The position numbers were made by a program, and so were the translations under genes. Under the pieces are notes generated by a model. The model searched no databases. It saw only the letters and a program-made list of their open reading frames with translations, and was not told the DNA's origin. Below are positions 34,522 to 47,266 of a stretch of 52,866 bases of DNA, in pieces. The stretch spans positions 1 to 52,866 of the forward strand of contig JAADVB010000125.1 in NCBI GenBank assembly GCA_023334545.1, written 5' to 3'. The number at the start of each line of letters is the position of its first letter. Position 1 is the first letter of the stretch. Source of the stretch: Salisapilia sapeloensis CBS 127946. Lineage: Eukaryota; Protista; Oomycota.

Positions 34522-35297
34522 TTACTTTTTGACGTATCGAGTTTCTATCTTTCGACTTGTACTTTTATAATCCGATTGCACCGTAAGTAGATTTGTGTTT
34601 CTAGATAAGGCTTGATGGAGAAGATGCTGCGAATCGAGTGGTAGAGAGTTGTTGGAAAAGTTCAGGAAGGACAGGTGCGAGTTGAATGTGAGCACGTAGG
34701 AAAGAGCGAGGACACCTGCTTGGTCTCGAAAGAGAGATACAAGGTTGGAAGAAATGTCCAGCGCAGAGATGCAACGGTGGAACGCAACTGCGCCGAGCAG
34801 GATACGGCATCCTTCTGGCTGAAGATCGTTGTCTGCAACGCTAAGCCAACCATCTTAAGATCTATTCGATAGATGTACATGTAGAGAGATCGTACTTGAG
34901 ATAGCGCAAGCTGGAGCGTTTGACTTCTATGCCCTTAGCAAGCGCTTTAACACCGCGGTAGTCTGGCCGATAGGGATTCCCGACAAGGTCAGACGAGTCG
35001 AGTTGCAAAAATTGGATGCATCCATTAAAGATCAAAGCTTTACCGACTATTTCTGCGCCAACGGGACCGATGGGCACATGCGAAAGTCTAGATCGATTTG
35101 ATCAGAAGAGGCAGCTTCCACGCTAGTATACTAACCTACCTCAAGTGGCGTAAAGTCGAACCTGGTTTCCCAATCTCGCTTCCAATCGTTTCGATATCGA
35201 ACTTACCCTCGAAAGAAAAATAGACCCGTGTCTCTTCTTCTCCACATCGATCAATCGCTTCTTGGATTTGACCAGCATCCGCCAACCGATTCCACAT
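34522..35297 (-). CDS. RNI-like leucine-rich repeat protein, 3 exons (35297-35140, 35087-34896, 34840-34522), 222 aa
   Basis: Introns of 52 and 55 nt restore frame. LRRs: LRHLRLSHVPIGPVGAEIVGKAL, LRYLNVADNDLQPEGCRILL, ISALDISSN, LSFLNFSNNSL. Confidence 0.82.
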
Positions 35298-35438
35298 TCT
35301 CTTCCACTTCCAAAGTTCGTTTTGCAAGTAGATATTGTAGATGCTCAGCAAGGCAGAAGAGAAAGATCCAATTCGTATATATAAATGCATTTCTATTTAG
35401 GGAAAGTCTACCTCGACTTTGTATAATATACTTCGCGA

Positions 35439-37034
35439 TTACTTCTTTTGCTTGACGATCGATGTTAACCATTGCTTGAGCGACGTGTGGGTATTCGACT
35501 TGGCGATAAAGATCTGTTCATCCTGCTCTTCACCTCGGACCATAAGATCCTTTAGACCTGCGGCCGAAGCACACATCAACTGTGGATTCGCATTGCTTGC
35601 CAGTAAAAGTTTCACCGTACGCGTCTGACTCATACGACTAGCTTTCAGCAGTGGCGTCTCATTACCGACAGTCAATGCATCCACATACGCACCACGGGAT
35701 AGCAGACACTCGACGACTTGCGTGTTGCCACGTTGACTGGCCAAATGCAAGGCAGTGCAAAAGTCTCTCGTGACACCATCCACAGGAGCCTTCGCTTGCT
35801 TCAGCAGAATCTCGACACACCTCAAGTGGTTCTCCTGAGCAGCCATGTGCAGTGGTGTCTCGTCATTCGGACCCATGGCTACGACTTCAGCACCAGCCGA
35901 AACGAGACACTGGACGATGCAGCTCTGACCTCGAGCGCATGCAACGTACAAGGGCGAGATCCCTCTCCTGTCCCTCGCGTTCACATCGGCTCCCATGGCA
36001 ATGAGCATATCGACGCTCTTCGTGCATAGCTTTTGAGCTGCATGATGCAGCAGTGTCCTGCTCTCCGAGTCTTTTGCTGCTAATACGACTTTGGCATCGT
36101 ACAGACTCGCGATCGCCCGCAAGAGTTTCCGATCGCCTCTGCTGGCTGCATCCAACGCACAGGCTTGAACATGACGCTGGGATGTCACGTCGACACCATC
36201 TCCCAAGAGCAATGGCACGATACGCTTGTGCTTATGCTCCACGGCGACAGACGCGCCGGTGTACAAGAGTCGAGGCTCACTTGCGCCCGTGGACACGACA
36301 AGCGCTTTTACAACGTCCTCTAAGCCGATTCTACACGACGTCAGCAAAGTTTCTTCATCCACCACAGCTCCGTAACGTACGAGTAGTTCGACTAGCGATG
36401 CATTCTGACTGGCACATGCCATGGCGATGCACGATCGAGCACGCTTACCAGCTCGATTCGGCTGTGCGTGTCGTCTTAATAAGAGTCTAGCTACCTTTAC
36501 ATGTCCATTGGCACAAGCGACTTCCAACGGTGTCATGCCACAGACACAAGTGGAGTTGACAAGGTTAAAGCATTCGTTGCCAAAGTAAAAGCTTAGGAGG
36601 TGTTTGAGGACGAGGTGGTCACCATTGCAACACACTGCGTGGATGGGAGACGGTAAGGATGCACTGTCACGATCGTGCGTGCACTCGTCTTCCGTCGGGA
36701 CTGCCTGAAAACTCACATTCTTCTTCCGTTTCACTGGTTCATGCGTCACCGACGAGTCGATTGGCGTGATGGACCCGTCGCTCGCCGCTCGAGTGGACCT
36801 CGTGACCGGCGACGAGTCCGAGTTTAATTCTTCTTCGCTACTAGTAGGTGAGTCGAGCACGACGGGTTGGCCGCCACGTTCTGTGCGATGCAGTCGCTCC
36901 GCATCGACTTTGGTTCGGCCAAAGGAGATGCAGGACCGTTGGCGAGCAAAGTCCGTGCGAGAGGTAGCGCTAACGTCTAATCGCACGGTGTCCTTACTAG
37001 CTTGATTGTCCAACGACAACCGGTTTGTTTGCAT
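35439..37034 (-). CDS. Ankyrin repeat protein, ~531 aa, with a low-complexity Ser-rich N-terminus
   Basis: Multiple ankyrin motifs (GMTPLEVACANGH, SRTLLHHAAQ, GISPLYVACARG, ETPLHMAAQENH, CTALHLASQRGN, ETPLLKAS). First ATG at 37034. Confidence 0.92.
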   Translation of the reverse strand: MQTNRLSLDNQASKDTVRLDVSATSRTDFARQRSCISFGRTKVDAERLHRTERGGQPVVLDSPTSSEEELNSDSSPVTRSTRAASDGSITPIDSSVTHEPVKRKKNVSFQAVPTEDECTHDRDSASLPSPIHAVCCNGDHLVLKHLLSFYFGNECFNLVNSTCVCGMTPLEVACANGHVKVARLLLRRHAQPNRAGKRARSCIAMACASQNASLVELLVRYGAVVDEETLLTSCRIGLEDVVKALVVSTGASEPRLLYTGASVAVEHKHKRIVPLLLGDGVDVTSQRHVQACALDAASRGDRKLLRAIASLYDAKVVLAAKDSESRTLLHHAAQKLCTKSVDMLIAMGADVNARDRRGISPLYVACARGQSCIVQCLVSAGAEVVAMGPNDETPLHMAAQENHLRCVEILLKQAKAPVDGVTRDFCTALHLASQRGNTQVVECLLSRGAYVDALTVGNETPLLKASRMSQTRTVKLLLASNANPQLMCASAAGLKDLMVRGEEQDEQIFIAKSNTHTSLKQWLTSIVKQKK

Positions 37035-37316
37035 CGTGAGAGGTAATGGCACGGACTTGCGGACTATGGCTGGAAAACGAAAGTGAACGATCGGAGGCGC
37101 AAGTGCTCTTTTTATCCGCTTTCTGCGTTACGTGTGACCTGGCGCTTCTCCCGGGAAGCGGAGAATGAAGCCTTTGGATGGGGAAGGTGTGCACTTGACT
37201 TCACCCGGAGTCATACTGGGCAGATGCTGTGACACAAAGCGTCTTCTTCCGGACACATTTTCCGAACTTGCGCGACGGAAGCGCTAAGTCTCTCTGCTAC
37301 GATTTGATTGGCTTAG

Positions 37317-38003
37317 ATGGATGCAACACAGTCACTGGATTGGTATGTTTGGTATCGAAGTCGGGTATGTTTTCAAGGAGGTTTCAGCACGGGGTTATCA
37401 CGAACCATTTTTTCCGGGAGAGTGGTGTACGAGATCAGGGATTATTCCTAGTCCTGGCAGCTACCTTTCGTTCGAGACAAGAAGAGGGAGTTTTCCGGCG
37501 ATATTTTGGATCCCACTGTCCGAGTTGCGTCGCTTTGTGATGACGCCAATTGTAAGTTTCTAACGAGCTGCATGAAGCTCATCTTCCATGGTAACCGTGG
37601 TGGGTGGCGCTGGTATGGGAGGTACACGCGCATAAAGTCTATTTTTCGATGCCAAAGGTCGGAAGAAATCGACAAAATTTCGGATCCTTGCGGTTACATC
37701 AATCGCACACCTGCACCCTACTGGGCTGATCTGCCTTGTCTGACGCGAGCTCACTGTGGGATGCCGTCGCGTACACGAACTGAATGTTGTATCCTAAGGC
37801 AGTTAAACGAGGCTGGATTGATACAGAAAGTAACCATGTCTAAACTAAATGATTTATCTTCTTTCTTTCCACTCGTACCGCCAGTGCTTGCAATCCAACA
37901 GCCTCTTCTTTCCTCCAATTGCGATATGTTTGGCCGGCTTCAGTTTACACTGGAACGCGAAGGCGCCTCCTTGCTACGACGGCTGTCCGAAAGCCACGAG
38001 TAA
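37317..38003 (+). other. Unresolved candidate small spliced gene
   Basis: Overlapping + strand ORFs (37321-37563, 37506-38003) and a strong GTAAGT donor at 37552. An acceptor at 37636 would join them in frame, but other models fit and no motif is recognised. Confidence 0.3.
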
Positions 38004-38048
38004 TGTAGGAAAATCGATAAGTAAACATAACTAATATATCTATAACGA

Positions 38049-40361
38049 TTAAATCTCATACCTTGCGGTGGGCGGTCGTCGACTCGATGATTTCCGAGTG
38101 TTCGTCTTGTCGCCGCGACTTTCTTCCAGACTTTCATCCGCGCCTGACCTTCGGACAGATTTTGTACGCTCAGACGAGGACCGCTTATCTTTGTTCGCGC
38201 CTGCTTGACTGTCCACTCCATTTTCAAAGGTGACTTCGTTCTCGTCACTGATGCCAATGCGATCAAACCAATAGTTGAGCTCCGAACCGTTGAACCCGTA
38301 ATCTAGATCTTTCGTCATGCGCTGGGGCATTTCCATGTCCAGCATTACAACATTATCAGTCCGCCATCGAGGGTTCCCTGGATCAATCAGCCTGTTCTCA
38401 CGCGCGTAATCGCTTTCAATACGCCGCCCATTGCGTCTGCATGATGGTCTTTTCGGCCTTAGTGCATTTGAAACAATCTCTGATCGCTGGATAATCCATT
38501 CATCTTTGTTCAAGTCATATTTGGCTCGTTTCTGTGTTTCCATTGCCTCCTCAGGAGGTACAAAATGGTTGATGAGTAATTGCTTCAACTTGAGTTGTTT
38601 AGTCAGTGCACGAATGGTGTCCAGTAAATCTTCCTTCTCTGATTGGAACTCCATTTGCAAATCTTCAAGCTCGGTCGTGGCCGCCTTATGGCGAGACCAT
38701 AGCTTTTTTAATTTCTTCGTCTTATCCTCCACCTCCTCTTGAAGGGAAGCATGTTGCTCCTCTAGCATCATGTTCGAATCCTCCTTTTCGGCCAATTCTC
38801 GAGCTAACAGCATTTCCTGTCGTTTCTGCTCCTCAATACGAGACTGCGCTTCCAGCAGTTCTCGCTCTTGCTTCACAGCCTTGTCGATAACTTTACCACC
38901 CGAAATCAATTTCTCTTCCAATTGTAGAAGCTCTTTTGCCATTTCTTTCTCTTTCTTTGTCATTGCTTTCTTTTGCTGCGCACGATCTGCCAACTCTTTC
39001 TCGAGTCGTTGTCGCTCTTCCTCCGTACGAGATTGTTCAGCCATCAAAGCCTTCATTTCTTCCTGAGCCTTTTGCTTTAATGCAAGCTTTTCTTGACGAG
39101 CATCCTCTTCCAGCTTTCGCAGTACTTCTTCGCTAACACCTTCTCGTTTCACCACAGTCTTTTCAATCAACTTTTCAATAATACGAGGCGATGCTTTCTC
39201 TCCCTTTGCACCACTGCCTGACCCATTACCAGGGTTCTTCTCTTGTGCTGCCAACGCATCTTTTAACTCTTGTATCTTTTCGCGATACTCACGGATCTTG
39301 GCATCTTTCGGATCCTCGTTTATCTTTGGCTTGTTCTTGATATTCTTCGCTCGGTTCGCGTACCGGAGCGTTGACAACGTTTCATTGTAATTGTAGTCTG
39401 CCGGACCACAATTCGCTATCATGACCGTTTTAGCATTGCCACCGAGTGAGTCTTGCAGTAAGCGTGTGAGCTTCGAGTCGCGGTAAGGAATGTGCTGGGA
39501 CTTGCCGTCGACCAAGGCTGAAATAACGTTTCCGAGCGCCGATAAAGACATATTGATTTTTGTCGCTTCTTTCATACGATCTCCAGTAGCTCCGGTTTTC
39601 GCTTGACGCTCACTACCAGCCAGATCAACAAGATTAAGCTTTCCGACGCAAATGTGGGGCTTGCCATCGGCTCCGAGTTCATTCGAGCACGTCTCAACGG
39701 TGATTGTGAACATGGAATGCGATCGAGAAGATGTTTGGTTCATTAATGTAGCCCCAACACTGCGATTCTTTTTACCTTGTTGCATCACGGCATCAATCTC
39801 GGCCTCCCCTGTAACTTGGCGACTAATAAGATCTTTCACATAGATTCCAGTCTCTAGGTTCTCTTTCAGCTCAAGTCGATTCTTAGGGTCTTGTGCTAAT
39901 AGATCTCGAATCTCTTCGTTGTAGATTTCCAAGTAAGACGCATGGACCATAAACTGCTTCGAATGGGCTTCTACCGCAATGCGATCGAAAATGTGCTTGA
40001 ACGAGTTCGGTATAATTCCTTTCTCCTCTGGTGGGTCGGAATACCCTTCCATCGTGTGTGACTTGCCTGCACCAGTCTGTCCATAAGCGAAGATTGTGCC
40101 ATTAAATCCATTTATGACAGACTCGACGATGTCCACAGCGGAGGAGCTATAAACTTGAGCTTGTGTCGAATTTGGAGAAATTGCTGCGTCAAACGTAAAC
40201 TTCTTTGGAGGCTCCCGATCGTCTGTTTCAGGGTTTGCTAGAGAGATTTCTCCTCGCGCAGTGTCTGCGAAGACAACACATGTGTTTCCATCTTGTTTCT
40301 CCCGTCCGTTCAGGGGTCGAATGCGAACACATACTCGTACGCTCTCGCTTTTACCAGACAT
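38049..40361 (-). CDS. KIF3: Kinesin-2 motor subunit (KIF3/FLA10-like, anterograde IFT), 770 aa, intronless
   Basis: P-loop FAYGQTGAGKS, switch I NQTSSRSH, switch II LVDLAGSER, HIPYRDSKLTRLLQDSLGG, kinesin-2 neck LRYANRAKNIKNKPKINEDPKDA, and a KIF3-type tail FQSEKEDLLDTIR. A/B/C subtype not resolved. Confidence 0.95.
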   Translation of the reverse strand: MSGKSESVRVCVRIRPLNGREKQDGNTCVVFADTARGEISLANPETDDREPPKKFTFDAAISPNSTQAQVYSSSAVDIVESVINGFNGTIFAYGQTGAGKSHTMEGYSDPPEEKGIIPNSFKHIFDRIAVEAHSKQFMVHASYLEIYNEEIRDLLAQDPKNRLELKENLETGIYVKDLISRQVTGEAEIDAVMQQGKKNRSVGATLMNQTSSRSHSMFTITVETCSNELGADGKPHICVGKLNLVDLAGSERQAKTGATGDRMKEATKINMSLSALGNVISALVDGKSQHIPYRDSKLTRLLQDSLGGNAKTVMIANCGPADYNYNETLSTLRYANRAKNIKNKPKINEDPKDAKIREYREKIQELKDALAAQEKNPGNGSGSGAKGEKASPRIIEKLIEKTVVKREGVSEEVLRKLEEDARQEKLALKQKAQEEMKALMAEQSRTEEERQRLEKELADRAQQKKAMTKKEKEMAKELLQLEEKLISGGKVIDKAVKQERELLEAQSRIEEQKRQEMLLARELAEKEDSNMMLEEQHASLQEEVEDKTKKLKKLWSRHKAATTELEDLQMEFQSEKEDLLDTIRALTKQLKLKQLLINHFVPPEEAMETQKRAKYDLNKDEWIIQRSEIVSNALRPKRPSCRRNGRRIESDYARENRLIDPGNPRWRTDNVVMLDMEMPQRMTKDLDYGFNGSELNYWFDRIGISDENEVTFENGVDSQAGANKDKRSSSERTKSVRRSGADESLEESRGDKTNTRKSSSRRPPTARYEI

Positions 40362-40655
40362 TTTCAATGCAAGGATGTGAAGGGGGCAGCATCACGAAGC
40401 CGCAAAGTGAAACGATCATGCCACAGCTAATTTAAGCTGGTGCGTATAGCTCAACTAGCAAATAACCGCGAAGAATTCTTCATTTCTATTCCCATCTTTT
40501 GCTATAGTACACGACCTAAAGATATTGCTAGATTGCTCACAACACAGGTTTTTTGTCCATACAGATCGAACTATCCTATGCTCACCGAATTATAACTTCA
40601 TTGAGTGATCATTGCGACCATGCGAGCCAGGGTACCAAATTTCCGCTTGCTCAAT

Positions 40656-43600
40656 TTAACAGTTGAGCTGGTCGCATAATTCATTAACTACCTTGTGTAT
40701 CTCATCTAGATCAGCTACATTGCTCAGAAGGTTCAGGTCTCCTAACGCGGTGCTGACCACTTTATCCATGAAGTTCCGAGCGATTTCACTGCGGATTTCC
40801 ACGACGCATCGTACTGGACAGTTCGATTTAACTTGTAAAGCGCCAGTCGTTTGGTAGGTGGGATCGGTGGAGGTGGCTTTAGTGTCGCCGCGCACCTCTG
40901 TATCTTCTGGTAGACACGCACCATCCTCTACCGCTTTTGGGACAATATCATCCATGTTTGCGATATTTCGCGTTTTTGGGGAAGGTAGCTGGATTTGAGG
41001 ACCATTATTTTCAGTATAGCATGCTGAATACCACCCATTCGCATTTTCATGGTCATTAGCGACATTCAAACCGTTTAATTTTGGTTGTAAGATGGGTGCT
41101 ACAGCCATATAACCTTCTAAATCCTCGATAAATTTCTTTTGCACTACTTTCTGCCCATTATCAGTTACTTCTAGGAAATCACGAATGTGTGCATCCATGT
41201 ATCCAGCCTCTATCGGCTTTAATGAGTCAGGCACATCTTCAGTGGATGTGTCGAATTTTAGAAGGTCGAGATGTCTGGCCATTGCTGACCTCGTTGCGCT
41301 CTCGACAAACGCAGCCGCTACATTGTGATGTGCGGTCATCATCTTTTCAACTCGACTGAGGACCTCATACTCTTGCTCCACTTTCTTTCGAATATCAGCA
41401 ATGCATGCAGCTACTTCTACATCTAAAGTTTCCATCTTCCATGCAACACCTCCAATCATAATATTGGTATTGTCTAGAGCTGGTATAAGCTGTATTTCTG
41501 TTTTGTGCTCTTTTTCCTTCAAGCCATTTTCACACTGTGTACTAGCCGGTAGTGTTGGTAGTGATACAAGTACCGGCTCGTCGGCAATTGCTTCAGGCGA
41601 TTCTATGGTAGACGCTGGTGCTAATGAGGAACAATAGGAATCTTCGCGGCGTGTTTGATCTTGCGATTCGAATGCCGGTCTTACTTGGTTAAAGCTCATA
41701 TGGTCTTTCGTCTTTAATTGTTCATCCTGATCTCCAAAGCCTGGAACCTGATCAGTAGTGTTTGAAACACATGCATAGTCTGAATGATCAACGGCATTGC
41801 CGACAAGTTTTAGTAAACACAACTCCACGATCTTGCTAATAAACTGTCCAGCTTCATCAGAAATAACCTGATAAGGTGGTTTAAAGCTAAATTTCGTTTC
41901 GGGTTGCTGCTTTTTCTCACCAACATGTTGCTTCTTCTTTTGAAAAACAGAGCCTAAGCATCGCTTCACGACAGCAGTTGCTTGATTATATGCTACAACA
42001 TCTTCATCATTGACCTGAATAAGACTTCCATTATGTGAATCTAGATGAATTTGATCCGGAGACGCTTTTAAGTTATTCTCAATCTCTTGAAGGATAAAGC
42101 TTAGACAGGTTTCCACAGGTATATCTGTAAACTTTTTTGTCTCATCTTTCTCTTTGGTTTCGTCACACTCTTTATCGTTTTCGATGAATTGACATTGACC
42201 TCCAACAGCTTTGGCTACCTGTTCGTCTAATACTTCACTGACAGCTTTTTCCTCTTGATTGCTAGGACTTATAAATTGATCCCATGCTTTGCTTCCAGTA
42301 AATGATGCTTGGCTAATATCGGGTACCAGAGATCTCTCATAGCTATCGTTTTCAACTATCTGCCTGGCCTCAACTTCACTAACTAGAGTTTGTAAAAGCA
42401 GATGGATATCTCCATCTGACTCAGATTCTAGCTCTTCATGCACCAAAATGCTTTCTGAGCAAGATATTTCCATGCCGGTACCAAGACTATAAAAATCTTC
42501 GTCCTCTACTTCTTCAATTACCAAAGATAGCAATGGCTCTACGAATACGTTTGTGTAGGCATCCGTATCGTAGTCATTTAAGTCAGCCTTGGATTCGACC
42601 GCTGCAATATTAGGCGTAGGCTGAACTTCGTACCTAAACGCTTCATCAGCGCACTCTTCTTCAACATCGTCGACAACCTGTGATAGACAAAGCTCGACAA
42701 TCATGTTCCTATATATGTCTGTATCTTTCCGGTGAAGCACGGGTTCGACGTGGTCCGGCTGGGGCTCAGATGTATACCCACTTTTGTCGCTAGGAGCGTC
42801 ATAAGCACATCCATCTTCGAGATCATCAACTACCCGTGATTTACACCGCTCGACTATCACGTTTGTACCGTTTGTTGTCAACAACAGCTCGGATCGGATG
42901 AAGACGTTTTCAGAGTCAGACTGAGTCGACACGGGTTCAGAACCAAGCCGAGCTTCATGGAGGAACACCTGGTCAGTGTATCCATCTTCAACCTCGTCAA
43001 TCATTCCAGTCAAACACAGCTCTACGATCATATTTCTATATACATTTGTATCTTTCCGAGTGAACATATTCTCGGTGCGGACCGATTGTGGTTTATGCAT
43101 AGGCCTGCATTCGTTGATAAAGACCTCGTCAGCGCACCCATCTTCGACATCATCGACAATCTGAGATAGACATAACTCCACAATCATATTCCTGTACATG
43201 TTAGTATCTTTACGAGTAATAGCAGGGTTGGTCTGAATCGATACGAGCTGAGGAGCAGGCTGAGTCAAGATTGGTTCTGGGTCAGTTAAAGCTTCACCGT
43301 CAATCACCTGATCGGTGGAACCTTCTTCTACATCATCCACGACCTCAGATAGACACAGATCCACGATCATATTCCTGTACACGCTTGTGTCTAATCGAGT
43401 CAATAAAGGCTCCGGTGTGACTGACAAAAGTTCAACCGCAGGCTGAGCACAGTCACCGACCACTTCATTGATGATAGCGTCTTCAACTTCGTCAACTACG
43501 CAAGCTAAGCACAGCTCCACAATCATGTTCCTGTAAATGTTTGTATCTTTTCGAGTCAGTATATGCTCGGATTGAATCGAAACACTTTGAGCAGCAGAAC

Positions 43601-46600
43601 GAGCTTCATAGCAAACCGTGTCATCGGTAAATGCGTCTTCTACTTCGTCAATCATTCGAGCCATACACAGCTCTACAATCATGTTGGTATACATGTTTGT
43701 ATCTTTTCTCGTCAAGTTAGGCTGAGGTTGAATAAAAGTAGAATCTAGCTCACATTGAGCTTCCCGGCAGAAGTTAGCAATGTGTCCCTCGTCGCCTAAG
43801 TCCTTAAATGTCGTGCTGTTATTGACAGTGAAAGTAGCCGAGACCGTAGCAACATGGCTATCAATTACGTCTACACGTTCCTCCAGATGTAAAGTTGAGA
43901 TGTCTCGAGATAGTTCTAAAGAGCTATCGATTGCGTCTGCATTTTCTTTTACATTGGTATAGCTTGAAACCACGGCGTTATTACGCGTTACATCGTCTGC
44001 CTCCTTTGTACAGATCCCTTTACGATTGCAAATGGCATCGATAGCAAATTGAATGGCAACCTTGCTTGTTATACTTGCATGCTCAGTGAGTACACGGTAA
44101 TAGCTTTCATCCATCTCTACTAAATTATCCACCAGTACACGGTTTTCATCCGCTACGGATATTACATTTCCTGTCGTAATGCTTTGAGTCGATCGGTCTC
44201 GATCCAAAGAATCAGCTACGCCTTTTGAGAAAGTTGAATCGTACCAATCAGCCTCTAATTTACAAATAAGACTATCCAGACAGTGAATAATTTCTTCAGT
44301 ATCAAACCTGCACTCCACAGAGTCAAAACCAGTTGACCCGACGCAGTCGATGGTATTATCCTTAATCGCTTGTACCAGTTCTTCATTTTCATCAAGTACA
44401 TTAAAGTCGGTAAATTGAAGTTTCACTGTTTTTGGTGAGGAAGTCGGAGTATCGTCCACGTTATCACTCCCTATTTGCCCCAAACGACTCTGGATAATGA
44501 GCTCCAATACATCCGAAATGATTTTGTCAACTTCCATTTGAGCTAGTGTACTCAGCGTTAGAGTTGAAACCAAGCTACCACTGACTGTTTCTTGTACTTC
44601 AACTACTTGGGCATACTTCTCATCATAACGCTCATTATTTTGCATGCTAGCAACTATCAAGTATTCGACAGCTTCTACGATCTCAACCACACTATTTACT
44701 GCCTCATCAATTTCTACCGCATTGCCAATATTTGCAATATCGCCAATGTCCTCCCATTCATCTAAAAGTAAGTTCTTTTGGGAATCTGGCAAGTATTCAT
44801 GTTCGTCTTCGGGAATTGTATGCAGCATGAACGCTTCCCAATCGAGTTGCATCTGGTACACAATTCTTCGACCATGCATGCCTCGTAACGTACGATTGAT
44901 AATCGATGCCGCAGCCAACCAACGCTTGTAACTTTCCGAAGCAATGAATTGCCTTGTATATGCTTGAATCTTAATAATCGCTTGGCGCTGTTTATTAAAC
45001 GTTTGCCGCTTCATCGCTCCACGAAGATGCGCTTGGAAGATAATGACACTGTCTAAGGCTTTATCATATTGCTTCTTATCATAATACAGCTTCCAAACGC
45101 GTTGTATTTTAGCTGCTGATCGATCATGTATAATTCGACGACTTCGTAACAACACTGATCGCCATACCTGCTGAACTCTACTAACACACCTCCACACGCG
45201 AAGATATTTTCTCCTAGCGGTGTGCATTTTCACTATACTTCCCACCAATGATGCAGCACTCTCTCGTCGCTTTTCATGCTTCATATGCTTTAATGCTCTC
45301 CTCCATCGATATTGAATGATTTGCGCTGCACGTTTGCGAATTTGGTACGCACGAATCTCATTTATAACAAGCACACGCTTATCTGCATACTTTGAGTGAA
45401 GAACATGGGCGTACAAGCCGTCGGGAACGGCACTAATGTGTGAAGTTCTTGTCACTCCAACGCGAAGTCTAGTGCGAGAAATAGTCGGAGCAACATTCGG
45501 TGCAGTGTTCGGTCTTAAGATTAAGTTACGATGCGGCCGTGTCGATTGTGAAGTTCGTGGTGGTGACATGGGTGAACGTGGTGGAGGTCGCTGAGGACTT
45601 AGCTGTCCTTCATACATTACAGTAGGAATGCTTTGATCCTTCAGACGCAGTTTTCGTGGACTGGCCAAGCTTTCTTTCGGTACTTTTGGCTGTGGTACCT
45701 GTACCTTTGCGACTTCATGCGTCGAAGAGGATTCGCCAACTCTATTTTGTTCGATGGATATGTCCTCGTCTGCGAGCCGGGTTGCCACAAAGTAAGGACG
45801 TAGTACTTTTGAAGTTTCTATTAACCGTGATGCCACGGGATGACCCTGTGATAAACTTTGGAGGCTAAATTCCATCGCGTCAGACAAGACTTCTCGAGCA
45901 TCGTCAAGCAGGTGCTGTCTCGCCAGCTCCACCGTCAAGTTGTGGAGAGTTGCCACTTTTAAAGTAGTAAATGTGCTAGTAGCTTGAGACGATGAATGCT
46001 GTCCTGCCGATGAGCTCTCTTGCTGACGATCAAGTAGAGATAAACAATCTCGATAGGCAACAATGGCGTTTGAAGGATCATCTAGCAAACCATGTAGACA
46101 AGCTTTCGCAAAGAATGCAAACGGAATTTGATCTTGCAAGGGCAGAGCCGAGCAGCCTTGTACCGCCTTATTGGCCATTTGCAAGGCAGCGTAATATTTT
46201 TTCATAGCTTTGTAGTGACCAGCAAAGCTATGATATACAGTAACACGTTGAACCCGCTTTTTCGAGTACTGCAAACCATCCGAGGACGAGAGCTGTTCCG
46301 CTTTCTTTAGGAGCTAATGATACTGATACATTAAAAGCAGTCACAAGAGAAGTAAATCTGTATGGAAACGTACCAGAAATGGCGTATTAGAAACGGTGCG
46401 ATCTGTTCTATTCGCTCCAGACAAACAGAGACTTACGAGCTGCACGCATCGAATTTCATAATCAATGCGAAGCCATTTGATCTCTTCCATTGAGGCATCC
46501 TCAGACTCGAAACGTTTCTGAATTAGTCGATTGAACATACTATTGGACTGCTCATATGTGTGAACAGCATCCATGTATCTGCCAATACGCTCCAAGTGCG

Positions 46601-47106
46601 TCGCTAGTGCATCTGCTTTCGATATCTTTATTAAAGTTTCTCCTCCAAATCGTGTCGCCTATAAACGATGTGTTTAGTAATAATGACTAAAGGATCCTAC
46701 AGATAAGCCAAAGCACCTTTGTAAACGTGTAGTGCACACTATCTAGTGTCGGCGGCTTTAATATCTCTCGTCCTCCTATGCATGCGGTTACTTCTACCAT
46801 TTTGTATATACCGATATTGTCACGATACCTTGTTCTGGGGCAAGCCATATACAATGCATCCTCTTCTTATCTCGTAAATCGAGTCGCCTACTTGCATACA
46901 CGCTGTTAGAAATGATTTTAGTACAGCGGATACTTGTCCTACCTCTTCGCAAACAAAGAAGGTACTCGAGTAAAAAGCGGCGACTTTGCTCTTTCCTGAT
47001 CTTGCCCATCGATCCTGGGACTAGCAACACGTTCGTCCACTACAATCTCTGGAAGTCTCTGTCCATAACGTGCATCGAGCTTTTCCTTCGCTCCATGAGA
47101 GCTCAT
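40656..47106 (-). CDS. Large TPR-like plus multi-IQ protein with an acidic repetitive C-terminus, 5 exons (47106-46943, 46902-46829, 46775-46717, 46658-46374, 46313-40656), ~2,079 aa
   Basis: Four introns (40, 53, 58, 60 nt) keep frame. TPR-like helices (ATLHNLTVELARQHLLDDAREVLSDAM) and an IQ array (AAQIIQYRWRR, VSRVQQVWRS, AAKIQRVWK, IIFQAHLRG, IIKIQAYTRQ) at ~44890-45335. Confidence 0.85.
42500..43720 (-). repeat. About 8 diverged coding repeats (~50-65 aa period), consensus LTRKDTNxYRNMIVELCLxxhVDhVED
   Basis: Near-identical cores in the translation; DNA copies visible as gtatcttt.cg and acaatcat.tt on the + strand. Confidence 0.9.
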
Positions 47107-47266
47107 CTTCGCAATAGGTGACAAGTAAGTTGCCAATCGAAACGACTGGCAATCTATTTAAAGCCTGGATCGCTGGAATTGAAACCAAGTGGAAGTAAAA
47201 CACTACGACATACGATTTGGATTACTCTCATCTTCCCTTAGTGACAAGATTCAAATCCCCAGACAA

